Positions 1-9,804 of a DNA stretch of 53,558 bases are shown in pieces (position 1 is the first letter of the stretch; every line of letters starts with the position of its first letter). The position numbers and the translations under genes were made by a program. The notes beneath the pieces were generated by a model, which was not told the DNA's origin, made no database searches, and was given only the letters and a program-made list of their open reading frames with translations. Source of the DNA: a bacterium (lineage in GTDB: Bacteria; UBA8248); NCBI GenBank assembly GCA_965213685.1, contig CBDBZY010000010.1, positions 1 through 53,558 of the forward strand, read 5' to 3'.

Positions 1-510
1 CAGCGGAATGGACAGCCCGCCCAGGATGCCGCCGTAGCGTCCCCCCGTCAGGATGATCGGAACCAGCCGCTTCGATTGCAGGACGTCGAGATACTGGCCG
101 TATAAGGCGCGGAAATTGTTGGGGAGCATGTTGGTGAACATGACGAACAGCGTGTGGAGGAGCGGGAATGCGATGGGCATCGCATACGCGCGGATGTCGG
201 CGAAGATGAGCAGCTGGATGCCCAGGATGAGGGCGATGAAGAACGCCAACACCGCCTTGAACATGGAGGGGATGGACAGCGTTTGGGTCAGGGAGGAGTA
301 AAAGGTGCTGATAAGAATGATCACGAGGGCGTTGAATATGTACATGTAGGGGAGAAACCCCGGGCCGACCTCGGAGAGGAACAACGCCTCGGACACGGTG
401 AGGCCGATGGAGAATTGAACCCCGATGAGGAAGTAAAACAGGAAGAACAAGGAGAAAACGGGCAACTCTTCCTGTTGGATGTTGAACGCCCTTTTCAGGA
501 ACCTGGCCAT
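1..510 (-). CDS. Npt1/Npt2 (TLC ATP/ADP translocase)-like MFS membrane protein, N-terminal 170 aa; truncated by window edge
   Basis: Manual translation from ATG at 510, open to position 1: MARFLKRAFNIQQEELPVFSLFFLFYFLIGVQFSIGLTVSEALFLSEVGPGFLPYMYIFN...YLDVLQSKRLVPIILTGGRYGGILGG. It has several TM helices and the 'aLFL..vG...LPy.Y' and 'q.KRL.p.i..gg..GgilGG' patterns of NTT-like proteins. Absent from the ORF track. Confidence 0.7.
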   Translation of the reverse strand, partial: MARFLKRAFNIQQEELPVFSLFFLFYFLIGVQFSIGLTVSEALFLSEVGPGFLPYMYIFNALVIILISTFYSSLTQTLSIPSMFKAVLAFFIALILGIQLLIFADIRAYAMPIAFPLLHTLFVMFTNMLPNNFRALYGQYLDVLQSKRLVPIILTGGRYGGILGGLSIPL

Positions 511-619
511 TTCGGTCACTTGCGTCGGGGTGGGCGGGAAAGTGCGCGAATCCTGTCCCTGCCCGAAAAGATTCTCGGAACGGGGGCGATGCGGGACAGT
601 GTATTATTGTGATTCTAGC

Positions 620-2263
620 CTAGAACTTTCGGGATTTCCAGGAGTAGAACGACAGGGCGTCCTCCGTCCATTCCGCGCAGTTCTGGCGGAAGCGCCCCCA
701 GCGGCTGTTGGCGCACTGGCCCCGGACGGGGTCGGCGTTGCCCTCGGCGATCAGTCCATTGAGGGGCGAGAGGTCGAATTCGGCCCGGACGGGGATGCGG
801 TTGCGCTCCGGAGCGTCGAGGAGGGATACGAAGCGCTCGAATGCGTAGAAAGCGCCCCGAATCTTCTCGCACAATCGTTCCGCCCCGCCCGCATAGGCGG
901 CCAGGGTGGGCGACAGCGGGGCGTAGCGGTTGAGCTCCATGCCTCCCTCCGCGCGGTTTGTGATGCTGTCGACGCCAACGATGCCGATGAAATCGTCCGA
1001 GAACTCCATGGGGAACAGTCTGGCGTACAGCGTTTCCAGAACCGGCCCCGCGCGGCTGAGCCGCAGGTGCGCGCGAACGCTGAAGAGTCCGAAATCGATC
1101 CAGTCGCATATCAAGGGCAGATAGCGGGCGTCGAACAGCTGCTCGTAGTTCTCGATGGCGCGCGCCAGAAGCCGAATCGCCTCCTGGCGGGAGAGGGCCG
1201 ATGCGCGCAGCTGCGCCCGGAGCCTGGGGGCGGAATCCCGGAGCGTTTGCTGCAAGAAGGCGCCCGGGAAAACGTCGCCCCGCCCCGCAGGGGCGGATAT
1301 GCGGGTCTTCTTGATATACGCATCCGAGGTGGCCGGGCTGGAGCGGAAGCGGTGAAAGAGCCATCGCATGGCCTGCACGTGGTCGAGATTCTCCGCGTCG
1401 AGGGAGGGGGGAAGGGGTATCGCGCCCGCCGCCGCCATTCCGAGTTTGCTCAAATCCGGAAGCCCGAACCCATCCGGGAAGACGTCGAGCCGAAAGCACC
1501 CGCGCCCGCCGCCGCCTTCCTGGGGCTTGACGAAAAAAGCCGTCGTGCGCCATCTCCTCGTCAGGGCGGAGGCGGCGTCCAGGATAGCGGCGGCCGCCTC
1601 CGCCGGTCCGCCCTCGCGCAGATCGACCTCCTCGTAGGGGGCCGTCAAGCGACGCCCACAGCCCCTCCTCCCCGGGGCTTGCGCATCCGCGCCGTCTCCA
1701 TTGAGGAGCTCATACGTGATCTTTTTGTTGGACAGCGGCCCGCCGGGCGCGGTGAGGACGCCCGGCACCACGACAACCCCCCGGGTCTCCAGCGCCCGGG
1801 CCAGGGTCGCGTCATACAGGCTTCTTTGCGCGGCCTGGCTGATGACGAGCAATTCTCCGGGCGCCCTGGCGGCGCGCGCCAGGAGCTCCTCCCGCCGGTT
1901 CAGAACGCGGACGGGAATGGACAGCCCCAGCAGACGCAGATGCGCGCCCATCACCCGCGCCGTCTCGGCGGCCAGGGGCAGTCGGCTGGGGGAGCCGTCC
2001 AGCAGGAGGATTTCTCCCGGGCGCCGGGCGGGGGATGCCTCTGGGCGGATATGGAGTTGGGAGAACGCAGGCTCTCCGGATGCCCAACCGTTCAGGCGAT
2101 CCAGCAGGGCGTCATGAAAATCGCCGGTCTCTGAGTCGAATTCCCGGCTCACGCGATACAAATCCCAGATGCCGCCGCTGGCGTCGGGCGTGAGGCTGTA
2201 GAGAGAAGGCTCCCGGGCGATGGACACATGGCGGGGATGGCTGCATGTCCGACGTTGCGCCAC
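620..2263 (-). CDS. divergent ATP-grasp fold protein (putative carboxylate-amine ligase)
   Basis: C-terminal part of ORF 620..2755. Likely start is GTG 2263 (AGGGG upstream, 17 nt after the previous stop); alternative GTG 2227. Motifs: LSNKKITYELL, FFVKPQEGGGGRGCF, EFDLSPLNGLIAEGNADP (ExN). Confidence 0.7.
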   Translation of the reverse strand: MAQRRTCSHPRHVSIAREPSLYSLTPDASGGIWDLYRVSREFDSETGDFHDALLDRLNGWASGEPAFSQLHIRPEASPARRPGEILLLDGSPSRLPLAAETARVMGAHLRLLGLSIPVRVLNRREELLARAARAPGELLVISQAAQRSLYDATLARALETRGVVVVPGVLTAPGGPLSNKKITYELLNGDGADAQAPGRRGCGRRLTAPYEEVDLREGGPAEAAAAILDAASALTRRWRTTAFFVKPQEGGGGRGCFRLDVFPDGFGLPDLSKLGMAAAGAIPLPPSLDAENLDHVQAMRWLFHRFRSSPATSDAYIKKTRISAPAGRGDVFPGAFLQQTLRDSAPRLRAQLRASALSRQEAIRLLARAIENYEQLFDARYLPLICDWIDFGLFSVRAHLRLSRAGPVLETLYARLFPMEFSDDFIGIVGVDSITNRAEGGMELNRYAPLSPTLAAYAGGAERLCEKIRGAFYAFERFVSLLDAPERNRIPVRAEFDLSPLNGLIAEGNADPVRGQCANSRWGRFRQNCAEWTEDALSFYSWKSRKF

Positions 2264-2280
2264 GGCTTCGCCCCTGGTTT

Positions 2281-3450
2281 CTAGATCGCCGCTTTGCGCT
2301 GGCGGATAAAGTGGTGCACCACCCAATCCGCCATCGCCCCGCCCACGGCCTTGTCGCTGGCGAGGGAGGAACGGCTCGGGGCAATGCAGCTCAGGGTGCG
2401 TATCCCCGTCATGCGATGCGCTTCCTCGCGCGCGCGCTCCTCGTTGGCGATCCGCCCGGAGAGGAGGATGTTCTCCGCCTCCACCTCCCAGTGGCTGCGA
2501 ATCCAGTGAACGATGAGCGTTGACTCCAGCGTGTCGCACGCGCAGATTATCAGCCCCCTGCGCGAGAGCCAATGCTGGAGCCAGGGGTCGCTCGCCACGT
2601 GAAGGCTGGCGTCCGAGCAGGGCGCATCCGCCAACTCCGCGATGACGATCTCTCCTTTGACGCAAGCGTGGCGAAGCAGATTTCGGGCGCATCGCCTGAC
2701 GGTATTCCTGGGAACGGCGCGGGTGGAGGGCAGTCCCACGTCGACGAAATCCCACCCGAGCCGCCTGGAGTCGAAAAAACCGAGAGGTCTTCCGTAGTTC
2801 ACCTGCATCAGATCCCGCATGCGTCCCGTTCCGGTGAGCTTCGCGTAGGAGGCGCGAATGCCGGAGGAGTGCAAGGAAGAGGCGAGCGAAGACGCGCAGG
2901 TCGTTTTCCCCACGTCCATCTCGGAGCCGACGATCAGGATGATGGGGCTGCGGGGGACGCCCTCCTCATCCACGGGACACCGGGTGTTGGGGATGACGGG
3001 CAGGGCGGAGAGCCGGGCGGGTTTCCCGCGCAACGCGACGCTCCCCCGCACCTCCGCCTTCACGCACGGGGTTTGCGGATTTGCGCATACCCCGCAGACG
3101 CCCCCGACGTTCAGCAGGTCCAGGACGTCGCCGGGCCTGGAGGGTGCGTCCGGGGCGCGGCCCGAGACGCTGCGGTTCGCGTATCGTCCGCCCACCGCGA
3201 CCGCCACGTTCATGGCGGGGCGCAACCTCGTTTCACTCGTCCTCCACGCCCCCGGCGTTCCGGGGAGGGCTTCGAGCGTCTCCAGCCGATCGATGGGCGC
3301 GCCCTCGGGAACCTGGACGATCTGCGCCAATGCGATTCCACCCGAGGGAACGGGTTGCGGGTCGGGCGCGAAGTCCGCCTGAAACGCATACGGGCTTTCC
3401 GGGGAGAGGAACAATCCCCTGGCTGTGGACGCAAAAGAATCTACTCTCAA
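2281..3450 (-). CDS. DUF1611-like P-loop protein (DgcN-related family)
   Basis: Walker-A-like IVGSEMDVGKTT, AKLTGTGRMRD, DFVDVGLPST and N-terminal GGRYA...LDLLNVGGVCG. The TTG start overlaps the TGA of the upstream gene. Confidence 0.7.
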   Translation of the reverse strand: MRVDSFASTARGLFLSPESPYAFQADFAPDPQPVPSGGIALAQIVQVPEGAPIDRLETLEALPGTPGAWRTSETRLRPAMNVAVAVGGRYANRSVSGRAPDAPSRPGDVLDLLNVGGVCGVCANPQTPCVKAEVRGSVALRGKPARLSALPVIPNTRCPVDEEGVPRSPIILIVGSEMDVGKTTCASSLASSLHSSGIRASYAKLTGTGRMRDLMQVNYGRPLGFFDSRRLGWDFVDVGLPSTRAVPRNTVRRCARNLLRHACVKGEIVIAELADAPCSDASLHVASDPWLQHWLSRRGLIICACDTLESTLIVHWIRSHWEVEAENILLSGRIANEERAREEAHRMTGIRTLSCIAPSRSSLASDKAVGGAMADWVVHHFIRQRKAAI

Positions 3451-5000
3451 CGGTGCGCGGTGTCCCGAGAAGGAGAAAGGGCGAGATGCCGAATGAAAAT
3501 ATGTATCATTTCCTGCGCACTGGAGGCTATCTGCCGCTCCCCTCCCTCATGGATGGATGCGATGCCCTCGAGCTTGCACAACGTCCCCCTCGGCTCCACT
3601 ATCGTCCCTTTTGCCGGAGGAGAGCAAGTGACCAGGATTTCCTCCTCTCCTTGCGCATCGCGCAAACGGGAGCCTTGGCGAATGAGTTCCGGGCGTCCGT
3701 CCCTGATGGCGTATATTCCGGGCGTCAGCGCATGGCCAACCCGCACTTTCGAGGGGCTCGTGTTTCGGAGGAGGAGCTGGAAGCCGGACAGTTCCGGCGC
3801 ACCGAGGCTGGCCAGCAAATCCTCGTGCGCGCCGGCCTCCACGCCCGGGCGTTGCAGAAATTCCGATAGGTGCCAGTAGGCGGTGGTGGGGCCGCCGCCG
3901 CGCATCTCCTCGAGTTCGGTCATCAGCTGCGTGGTTCCGAGCACGCGCGGGTTGAGCTCAAGCGCGTAGGGCTCGTCTTCGTGGACGATGAAATCGACGC
4001 CGTATATGCCCCGATACCCCGCGTCCGCTATCCATCCGCCCATCTTCAGGGTGGCTTCCTCGATCTTCCGCCGACCCTCCTGGGAAACCTGTCGATAGGC
4101 CGCGTAGTCGCTTCCGGCGTAATCGAAGCGGTGCATGGAGCAGCCGGGTATTCCGGTGAACATCACGGATGGGTGGGACATACGGGGTTTTCCGTCCCAA
4201 ACGACTCCCGCCGCACCGACGGCGGGGCCGTCGAGGAACGCGCTCACGATCACCGGCGCGTCGGCCCCCAGTTTTTCGATGAGCACCTCCCGTTTGCGCG
4301 CTAGCTCCTCGGGGGAGCGGACGAGGTGCGTCTGATTGCCCGAGGAGCCGATTCTCTCGGCGATGATCATCGCGGGGCCGAATCGCGCGAGCTCCCCGGC
4401 TCCGAGGCTGCCCAGTGCCACCACGTCGCCCGGGGGAACCTCGATGCCCGTCCGGACGGCCTGTTGCCGAAACAGCGCCTTGTCGTCCAGGCGGGTTTTG
4501 AGCTCCAGGGGATTCGCCAGGATGCGGAGCCTGCCCCCGGCCCCTTCCGCGAGCCTGGCGAGGAACTCCGTGGAGCGATAGGGGATGATGTATTGCGGCC
4601 CGTTCCCCTGGGCGAGGAATTCGCGGATTTGCGACCCCAGCGCGCCTTCGTATGCTTCCACGAGGGAGGCGTGCGTCCACACGATGCGCCTTTTCTGGCC
4701 GCGCTCGACGGCGAAATACCGCAGCCGCCTGTCCCATTCCGGCCCGTCGACCCCATAATCGCACGCGATCAGAAAATCGAGGGAAACGATGTTCTCCACG
4801 GTGATCGAATCGGCCGCGCGCAGCCCCTGGAAGCCGAAGGTCGCACCAGCCGGAACGGCGGACGCGAGCATCTCGTTGAAATCGTCCCTCGTGTGGTGCG
4901 GCAAGAAAGTAGTTCCTTCCTGGAGAGTCGTTTGGAGAACGCGACGGCCGGCTCGTCCGGCGACGGGCAGCCGATTGTAATTCGACAGCTTTGTTGACAT
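3447..5000 (-). CDS. ATP-grasp domain protein (peptide/amino-acid ligase-like)
   Basis: Motifs LDDKALFR, IGSSGNQTHLV, YAGSDY, GYRGIYGVDFIV, ALELNPRVLG. ATG at 5000 (TTG at 5003). Confidence 0.85.
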   Translation of the reverse strand: MSTKLSNYNRLPVAGRAGRRVLQTTLQEGTTFLPHHTRDDFNEMLASAVPAGATFGFQGLRAADSITVENIVSLDFLIACDYGVDGPEWDRRLRYFAVERGQKRRIVWTHASLVEAYEGALGSQIREFLAQGNGPQYIIPYRSTEFLARLAEGAGGRLRILANPLELKTRLDDKALFRQQAVRTGIEVPPGDVVALGSLGAGELARFGPAMIIAERIGSSGNQTHLVRSPEELARKREVLIEKLGADAPVIVSAFLDGPAVGAAGVVWDGKPRMSHPSVMFTGIPGCSMHRFDYAGSDYAAYRQVSQEGRRKIEEATLKMGGWIADAGYRGIYGVDFIVHEDEPYALELNPRVLGTTQLMTELEEMRGGGPTTAYWHLSEFLQRPGVEAGAHEDLLASLGAPELSGFQLLLRNTSPSKVRVGHALTPGIYAIRDGRPELIRQGSRLRDAQGEEEILVTCSPPAKGTIVEPRGTLCKLEGIASIHEGGERQIASSAQEMIHIFIRHLALSPSRDTAHR

Positions 5001-5153
5001 CAAATCAAATCATGGTGCCGGCGTTTTCCCTCTGCGGAGAAATCCCGCGCGCCGGTTCCTGCAACTTGCGGTGCGCTATGCTAGGATGCGCCATCTCACC
5101 CCCACCATATGGCGTCAAGGCGTCCGGGTTCCTGCATGTCGGAAGGGAGGAAA

Positions 5154-6068
5154 ATGCCAGAGTCGGGTTTTGACGGGTATGAATATCCGGCGACGTCGGC
5201 GTCGGGGCGGAGGTGGGAGGCGTTTCGCCGCAGCATGATGCGCTCGAAGCCGGCGATGCTCGGCGGTGCGTTTCTCGTGCTGCTCGCGGTCGTTTCCGCG
5301 TCCGCACCTCTCATCGTCCCCCAAAACCCGCGCAAGGTGGACGTGAACCTGCGCCTGAAGCCCCCCGCGTGGGTGGAGGGCGGAAGCTTCCGCTATCTGC
5401 TGGGAACCGACGCCCTGGGCCGGGACGTTCTGAGTCGGCTCATCTATGGCGGCCGCGTCTCCATTCTGGTGGGCCTGAGTTCGGTGGTGATCGCAGGGGC
5501 GATCGGGATCGTCCTGGGCCTCGTGTCCGGTTTTTTCGGCGGGAAAGTGGACGATCTCATCAGCGGAATTTCGGAGATTCAGCTGGCGTTCCCCTTCATT
5601 CTGCTCGCCATCACCGTCATGGCGGTGATCGGGCCGGGCCTTCTCAACATCATCCTGGTGCTGGGCATCAGCCGGTGGGTGGCGTACGGCCGCGTGGTCA
5701 GGGGCCAGGTCATCTCGATTCGCGAGCGGGAGTTTGTGGAGGCCACCCGCGCCCTCGGCTATCCCTTGTCCCGCATCCTGTTCAGGCAGATACTGCCGAA
5801 CACCCTGTCTCCGCTCATCGTGATCGCCACGTTCGCGGTGGCGGGCAACATCATTTCGGAATCTTCCCTGAGTTTTCTGGGGCTGGGCGTTCCGCCCTCC
5901 GTCGTCACCTGGGGAGGCATGTTGTCCGAGGGGCGGGAATATCTTCGTGGTGCCTGGTGGATGGCGACTTTCCCGGGTCTGGCCATCATGGCGACGGTTC
6001 TGAGCATCAACCTGATTGGCGACTGGATGCGGGATTACATGGATCCCCGCCTCGGCGATGACCTGTAG
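5154..6068 (+). CDS. peptide/nickel ABC transporter permease (DppC/OppC family)
   Basis: LLGTDALGRDVLSRLIYGGRVS and EAA loop (EFVEATRALG). GGGAGG RBS precedes ATG 5154. Confidence 0.93.
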   Translation: MPESGFDGYEYPATSASGRRWEAFRRSMMRSKPAMLGGAFLVLLAVVSASAPLIVPQNPRKVDVNLRLKPPAWVEGGSFRYLLGTDALGRDVLSRLIYGGRVSILVGLSSVVIAGAIGIVLGLVSGFFGGKVDDLISGISEIQLAFPFILLAITVMAVIGPGLLNIILVLGISRWVAYGRVVRGQVISIREREFVEATRALGYPLSRILFRQILPNTLSPLIVIATFAVAGNIISESSLSFLGLGVPPSVVTWGGMLSEGREYLRGAWWMATFPGLAIMATVLSINLIGDWMRDYMDPRLGDDL

Positions 6069-6098
6069 GCGCTTTCGCTTTCCTGAGGGAATCCGGGC

Positions 6099-7655
6099 AT
6101 GAAGAAGACCCTGTTGTGCGGACTGTGCTGTCTGTTGGCGCTGGCGCTCGCCGCCTGTGGCCGCGAAGCGAAGGAGGATAGGCCGCTTACGATTCTCCTC
6201 TCGGTGGAGGCGAACACGCTCGACCCCCATTACGCGACCTCCACCATCGAGTGGAGCATATTGATGAACATGTTCGACTCCCTCGTTCACCGCCGCGACG
6301 ACATGACGCTCGCGCCCGCTCTCGCCGAGCGCTGGGAGGTGGATGAAACGAAGAAGGTCTGGACGTTCCATCTTCGCAAGGGGGTGAAGTTTCACAATGG
6401 GGAGCCGTTTGATTCCGAGTCCGTGCGATACACGTTCGAGCGCATGCGCGACGAGAAACTCAAGCCCCGCATCACGGTGCACCGGAGGATATTCCTCGAC
6501 AAGGTGGAGACAACAGACTCCCACACCGTGAAGATTCACACGAGGCGCCCGGTGGCCACCCTGCCGGTGTGGATGGTGAACGCCTTGATGCTGCCCCCCG
6601 CGCATTATGCGTCCACCCCCCCGAAGGAGTTGCTGCGAAAGCCCGTGGGGCACCGGACCATACAAACTCGTGAAGTGGGTCAAGGACGATCGAATCGAGA
6701 TGGAGGCCAACGATGGCTGGTGGAGAGGCCGGCCGACCATAGGGAAGGTGGCGTGGAGGCCGGTGCCGGAGGCCTCGGCCCGGATAGCGGAACTGGAGAC
6801 GGGCGGAGCGGACATCATCATGAACATCTCTCCCGATCAGTCAAACGCCATCCTGGAGAGCGAGGACGGGCTGCAGTTTCGGGGCATACAGGGAGGCCGC
6901 CGGGTGTATCTCGGGATTCGCACGGACCCACGGCGTTCTGGGCGACAGGCGCGTTCGCCAGGCGCTGAACTACGCGGTGGATTTTGGAACCATCGCCAGA
7001 AGCGTTCTCCTGGGGCACGGCTCGCGGATGCGGAGCATCGTGAACCCGCCGAACCACGCCCCGGGCGTGCAGGCGTATCCCCATGATCCGGAAAAGGCCC
7101 GGGCGTTGCTCGCCGAGGCCGGCCTGAAAGATTCCGACGGCGACGGCGTCCTGGAGGCGAACGGAAAACCCTTTGCGCTCCAGCTCGACGTGCCCCGCCT
7201 CGAGATACCTCAAGGGCAAGGAGATGGCCGAGTCCGTGGCGGCGAATTTTCGCGCCGTGGGCGTCGAGGTGGAGGTCATCCCCCTGGAGTGGTCCGTTTT
7301 CCTGTCGAAGAGGAGGAAGAAGACGCTGGCGCCCCTCTATTTTCACGGGTTCAGCTCCGCATTCAGCGGAGAGCTGGATTTGGGGGTGCTGCGCCCCCGC
7401 CTTTTCGCCAACCTCACCGCCTGGAGCAACCGGGAGTTCATCGAGGGCTACCGCAGGCTGGGGCAGGTGTTCCGCCCCGGGGAGCGCAGGCGCATCAGCT
7501 TCGGGATGCAGCGGATCGTGCGCGAGGAGAGCCCCTGGGTGTTCCTCTGGAATCAGTATGATTTTTTCGGGCTCAGTGCGAGGACGCGCTGGACGCCGAG
7601 GCCGGACGAGAGAATTTACCTGCCCGCCGTTCAATTCCGGGAAGCGAAAGAATAA
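6099..7655 (+). CDS. family-5 ABC substrate-binding lipoprotein (DppA-like), with three frameshifts near 6650, 6930 and 7195
   Basis: Lipobox LAAC, LAERWEV..WTFHLRKGVKFHNG, then GTGPYKLVKW. The protein continues across ORFs 6099, 6607, 6977 and 7173. Confidence 0.88.
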
Positions 7656-7658
7656 GCC

Positions 7659-8579
7659 ATGGGCGCCTACCTGTTGAGAAGGGTCCTCCGGGCCGTCGTG
7701 GTGGTGGCCGGGGTGAGCTTCATTTCGTTCGCCGTCCTGTTCCTCTCCGGCGATCCGACGGACACCATGGTGGGCGAGGACTGGACGGCGCAGGAGGTGC
7801 GCGAGCTGCGCCGGGGACATGGGACTGGACAAGCCCTGGTTCGTGCAATACACGCTGTACGTGAGCAGGGCCGTGCGCGGGGATTTCGGGGAAAGCCTGC
7901 GCTATCGGCAGCCGGCCTTCGAACTTATCATGGAGCGGCTGCCGGCGACTCTGGAGCTCGCCTTCGTGGCGCTCGTCCTCTCGATTGTTCTGGCGTTTTC
8001 CCGTGGGGGTCGTGAGCGCCACCCGGCGCGGCTCCCCCTACGACCACGGGGGGATGCTCTTCGCCCTCCTGGGCCAGTCCATCCCCGTTTTCTGGCTGGG
8101 GCCTGATGCTGATCCTGATCTTTGGCGTGCACCTGAGGTGGCTGCCCGTGAGCGGGCGAAGCGGCTGGGAGCATCTGGTGCTGCCCGCCGTCGCGCTTTC
8201 CACGTATTCCGTCGCCAGAAACGCGCGCGTGATCCGCAGCTCCATGCTGGAGGTTCTGCGGCATGAATACGTGAAGACCGCTCGGGCGAAAGGCCTGTCG
8301 GAGTGGGTGGTCATCAACCTGCACGCGCTCAGAAACTCCATGATTCCGGTGATCACGATAATCGGCCTGGAGTTCGGGCACCTGCTGGGAGGCGCGGTGA
8401 TCGTCGAGACGATCTTCGCCTGGCCGGGCATCGGGAGGCTTTTGATTCAGGCCGTCTACGCCAAGGATTTTCCTTTGGTGCAAGCCTCGGTGACCATCAC
8501 GGCCCTCATATTCGTGTCCCTGAACCTCATCGTCGATTTGATGTATTCCGTCCTCGATCCCCGGGTCAGGCTGCATTGA
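7659..8579 (+). CDS. peptide ABC permease (DppB/OppB family), with three frameshifts
   Basis: Pieces MGAYLLRR.., GLDKPWFVQY..GDFGES, SIPVFWLG and RSSMLEVLRHEYVKTARAKGL across ORFs 7659, 7819, 7985 and 8106. Confidence 0.9.
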
Positions 8580-9519
8580 GCCGCACGGCGTATCTCTGGA
8601 CGCCGGAATCCCTCCGGCACGACAACGGCCGGCATGTGGAAAACGTCGCGCGCGCCCGGTGCCTGTCCCCCGGGCGCATCGTCCCGCAAATTCCCGCGCT
8701 GCAGGATATGGCCCCCGGACCCCACGACGCCCGGGAGTGGGTGCTGCGGGTGCATGAAGAGGCGCACCACCGGTTCGTGCGCGAATCCTGCGCGCGGGGC
8801 AGGTGCATCCTGGTATGGCGGCGACACGCAGGCCGGCCCCGGAAGCTATGAGGCCGCGCTCGCCGCCGTGGACGCGGCCCTGAGCGCAGCGGACGCCGTG
8901 ATGGCCGGGAGGGTCGACAACGCCTTCTGCGCCGTGCGGCCGCCGGGCCACCATGCGCTGCCCCATCAATCCATGGGCTTTTGCCTGTTCGCCACCGCGT
9001 CCGTCCTCGTTCGGTATCTCCAGGAAGAACACGGGATGCGGAGGGGTCGCCGTGGTGGATTGGGACGTGCATCACGGCAACGGCACGCAGCATGTCTTCT
9101 GGCGCGATCCGGACGTGCTCTTCGTATCCCTGCATCAACATCCGCACTACCCGGGCACGGGGCTTGCGGATGAGACGGGAGGCGGTCGCGGCGCGGGCAA
9201 GACGCTCAACGTCCCCCTCGCGGCGGGGACGACGGAGGCGGAATATCTGGCGAAATTCGAGGAGAGGGTTCTCCCCGCACTGGAGGCGCACGCACCGGAG
9301 GCGATGGTCGTATCGGCCGGCTTCGACGCGCATCGCGCGGATCCGCTCGGGGGATTGATGATGGGGGAGGAGGGCTTCGCATCGTTGACCCGACGCCTGA
9401 AGGCGCTCTCCGGGAGTCTGTGCGGCGGGCGCCTCATCAGTTTGCTGGAGGGCGGATACGACCTCGACGCCCTGGAGCGCTCCGTCCTGGCGCATTTGCG
9501 GGAGTTGTCGGCGTCATGA
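8576..9519 (+). CDS. histone deacetylase family (AcuC/AphA-like) amidohydrolase, with two frameshifts near 8810 and 9043
   Basis: RPPGHHA, GFCLF, DWDVHHGNGTQ, SAGFDAH, LEGGY. TTG start overlaps the permease TGA. Confidence 0.9.
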
Positions 9520-9804
9520 CTGTCTGGCTTGGCGATGGCCTGCGGGCAGAGAGACCGTGGACGCTTGGTTGTCCGACGAACCGCAAAGGTTTATAGGTGG
9601 ATGCGCGCGCGTATACGCGCGGGGGGCGGGTTTTGGGGGTTTTTGGACGCTCGCCCGACGGGGTGCGCGGCCCCCGGCCGGGGCGGAAGGAGATGGAGCC
9701 GGCCGCGGCGCATCCGCCGCGAGGGGGGAGGATGCCGCCTCGTTGGGGATGGCGCGGCGCGAGCGGTTCGGTGAACCGGGGGCGCCCGGGGCGCGAAACG
9801 GGGG

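Noticed and set aside
479-2134. Long alternative ORFs (also 10721..12655, 32314..34668, 39798..41561, 42389..44257, 47449..49017)
   Set aside because: They are Arg/Pro/Gly-rich, motif-free antisense or off-frame shadows of well-supported genes, as expected at high GC.
620-5150. Graspetide (ATP-grasp RiPP) cluster
   Set aside because: No short precursor ORF with repeated Thr/Ser/Lys and Asp/Glu cores is visible, and the ligases are much longer than RimK-like graspetide synthetases. A precursor outside the window cannot be excluded.
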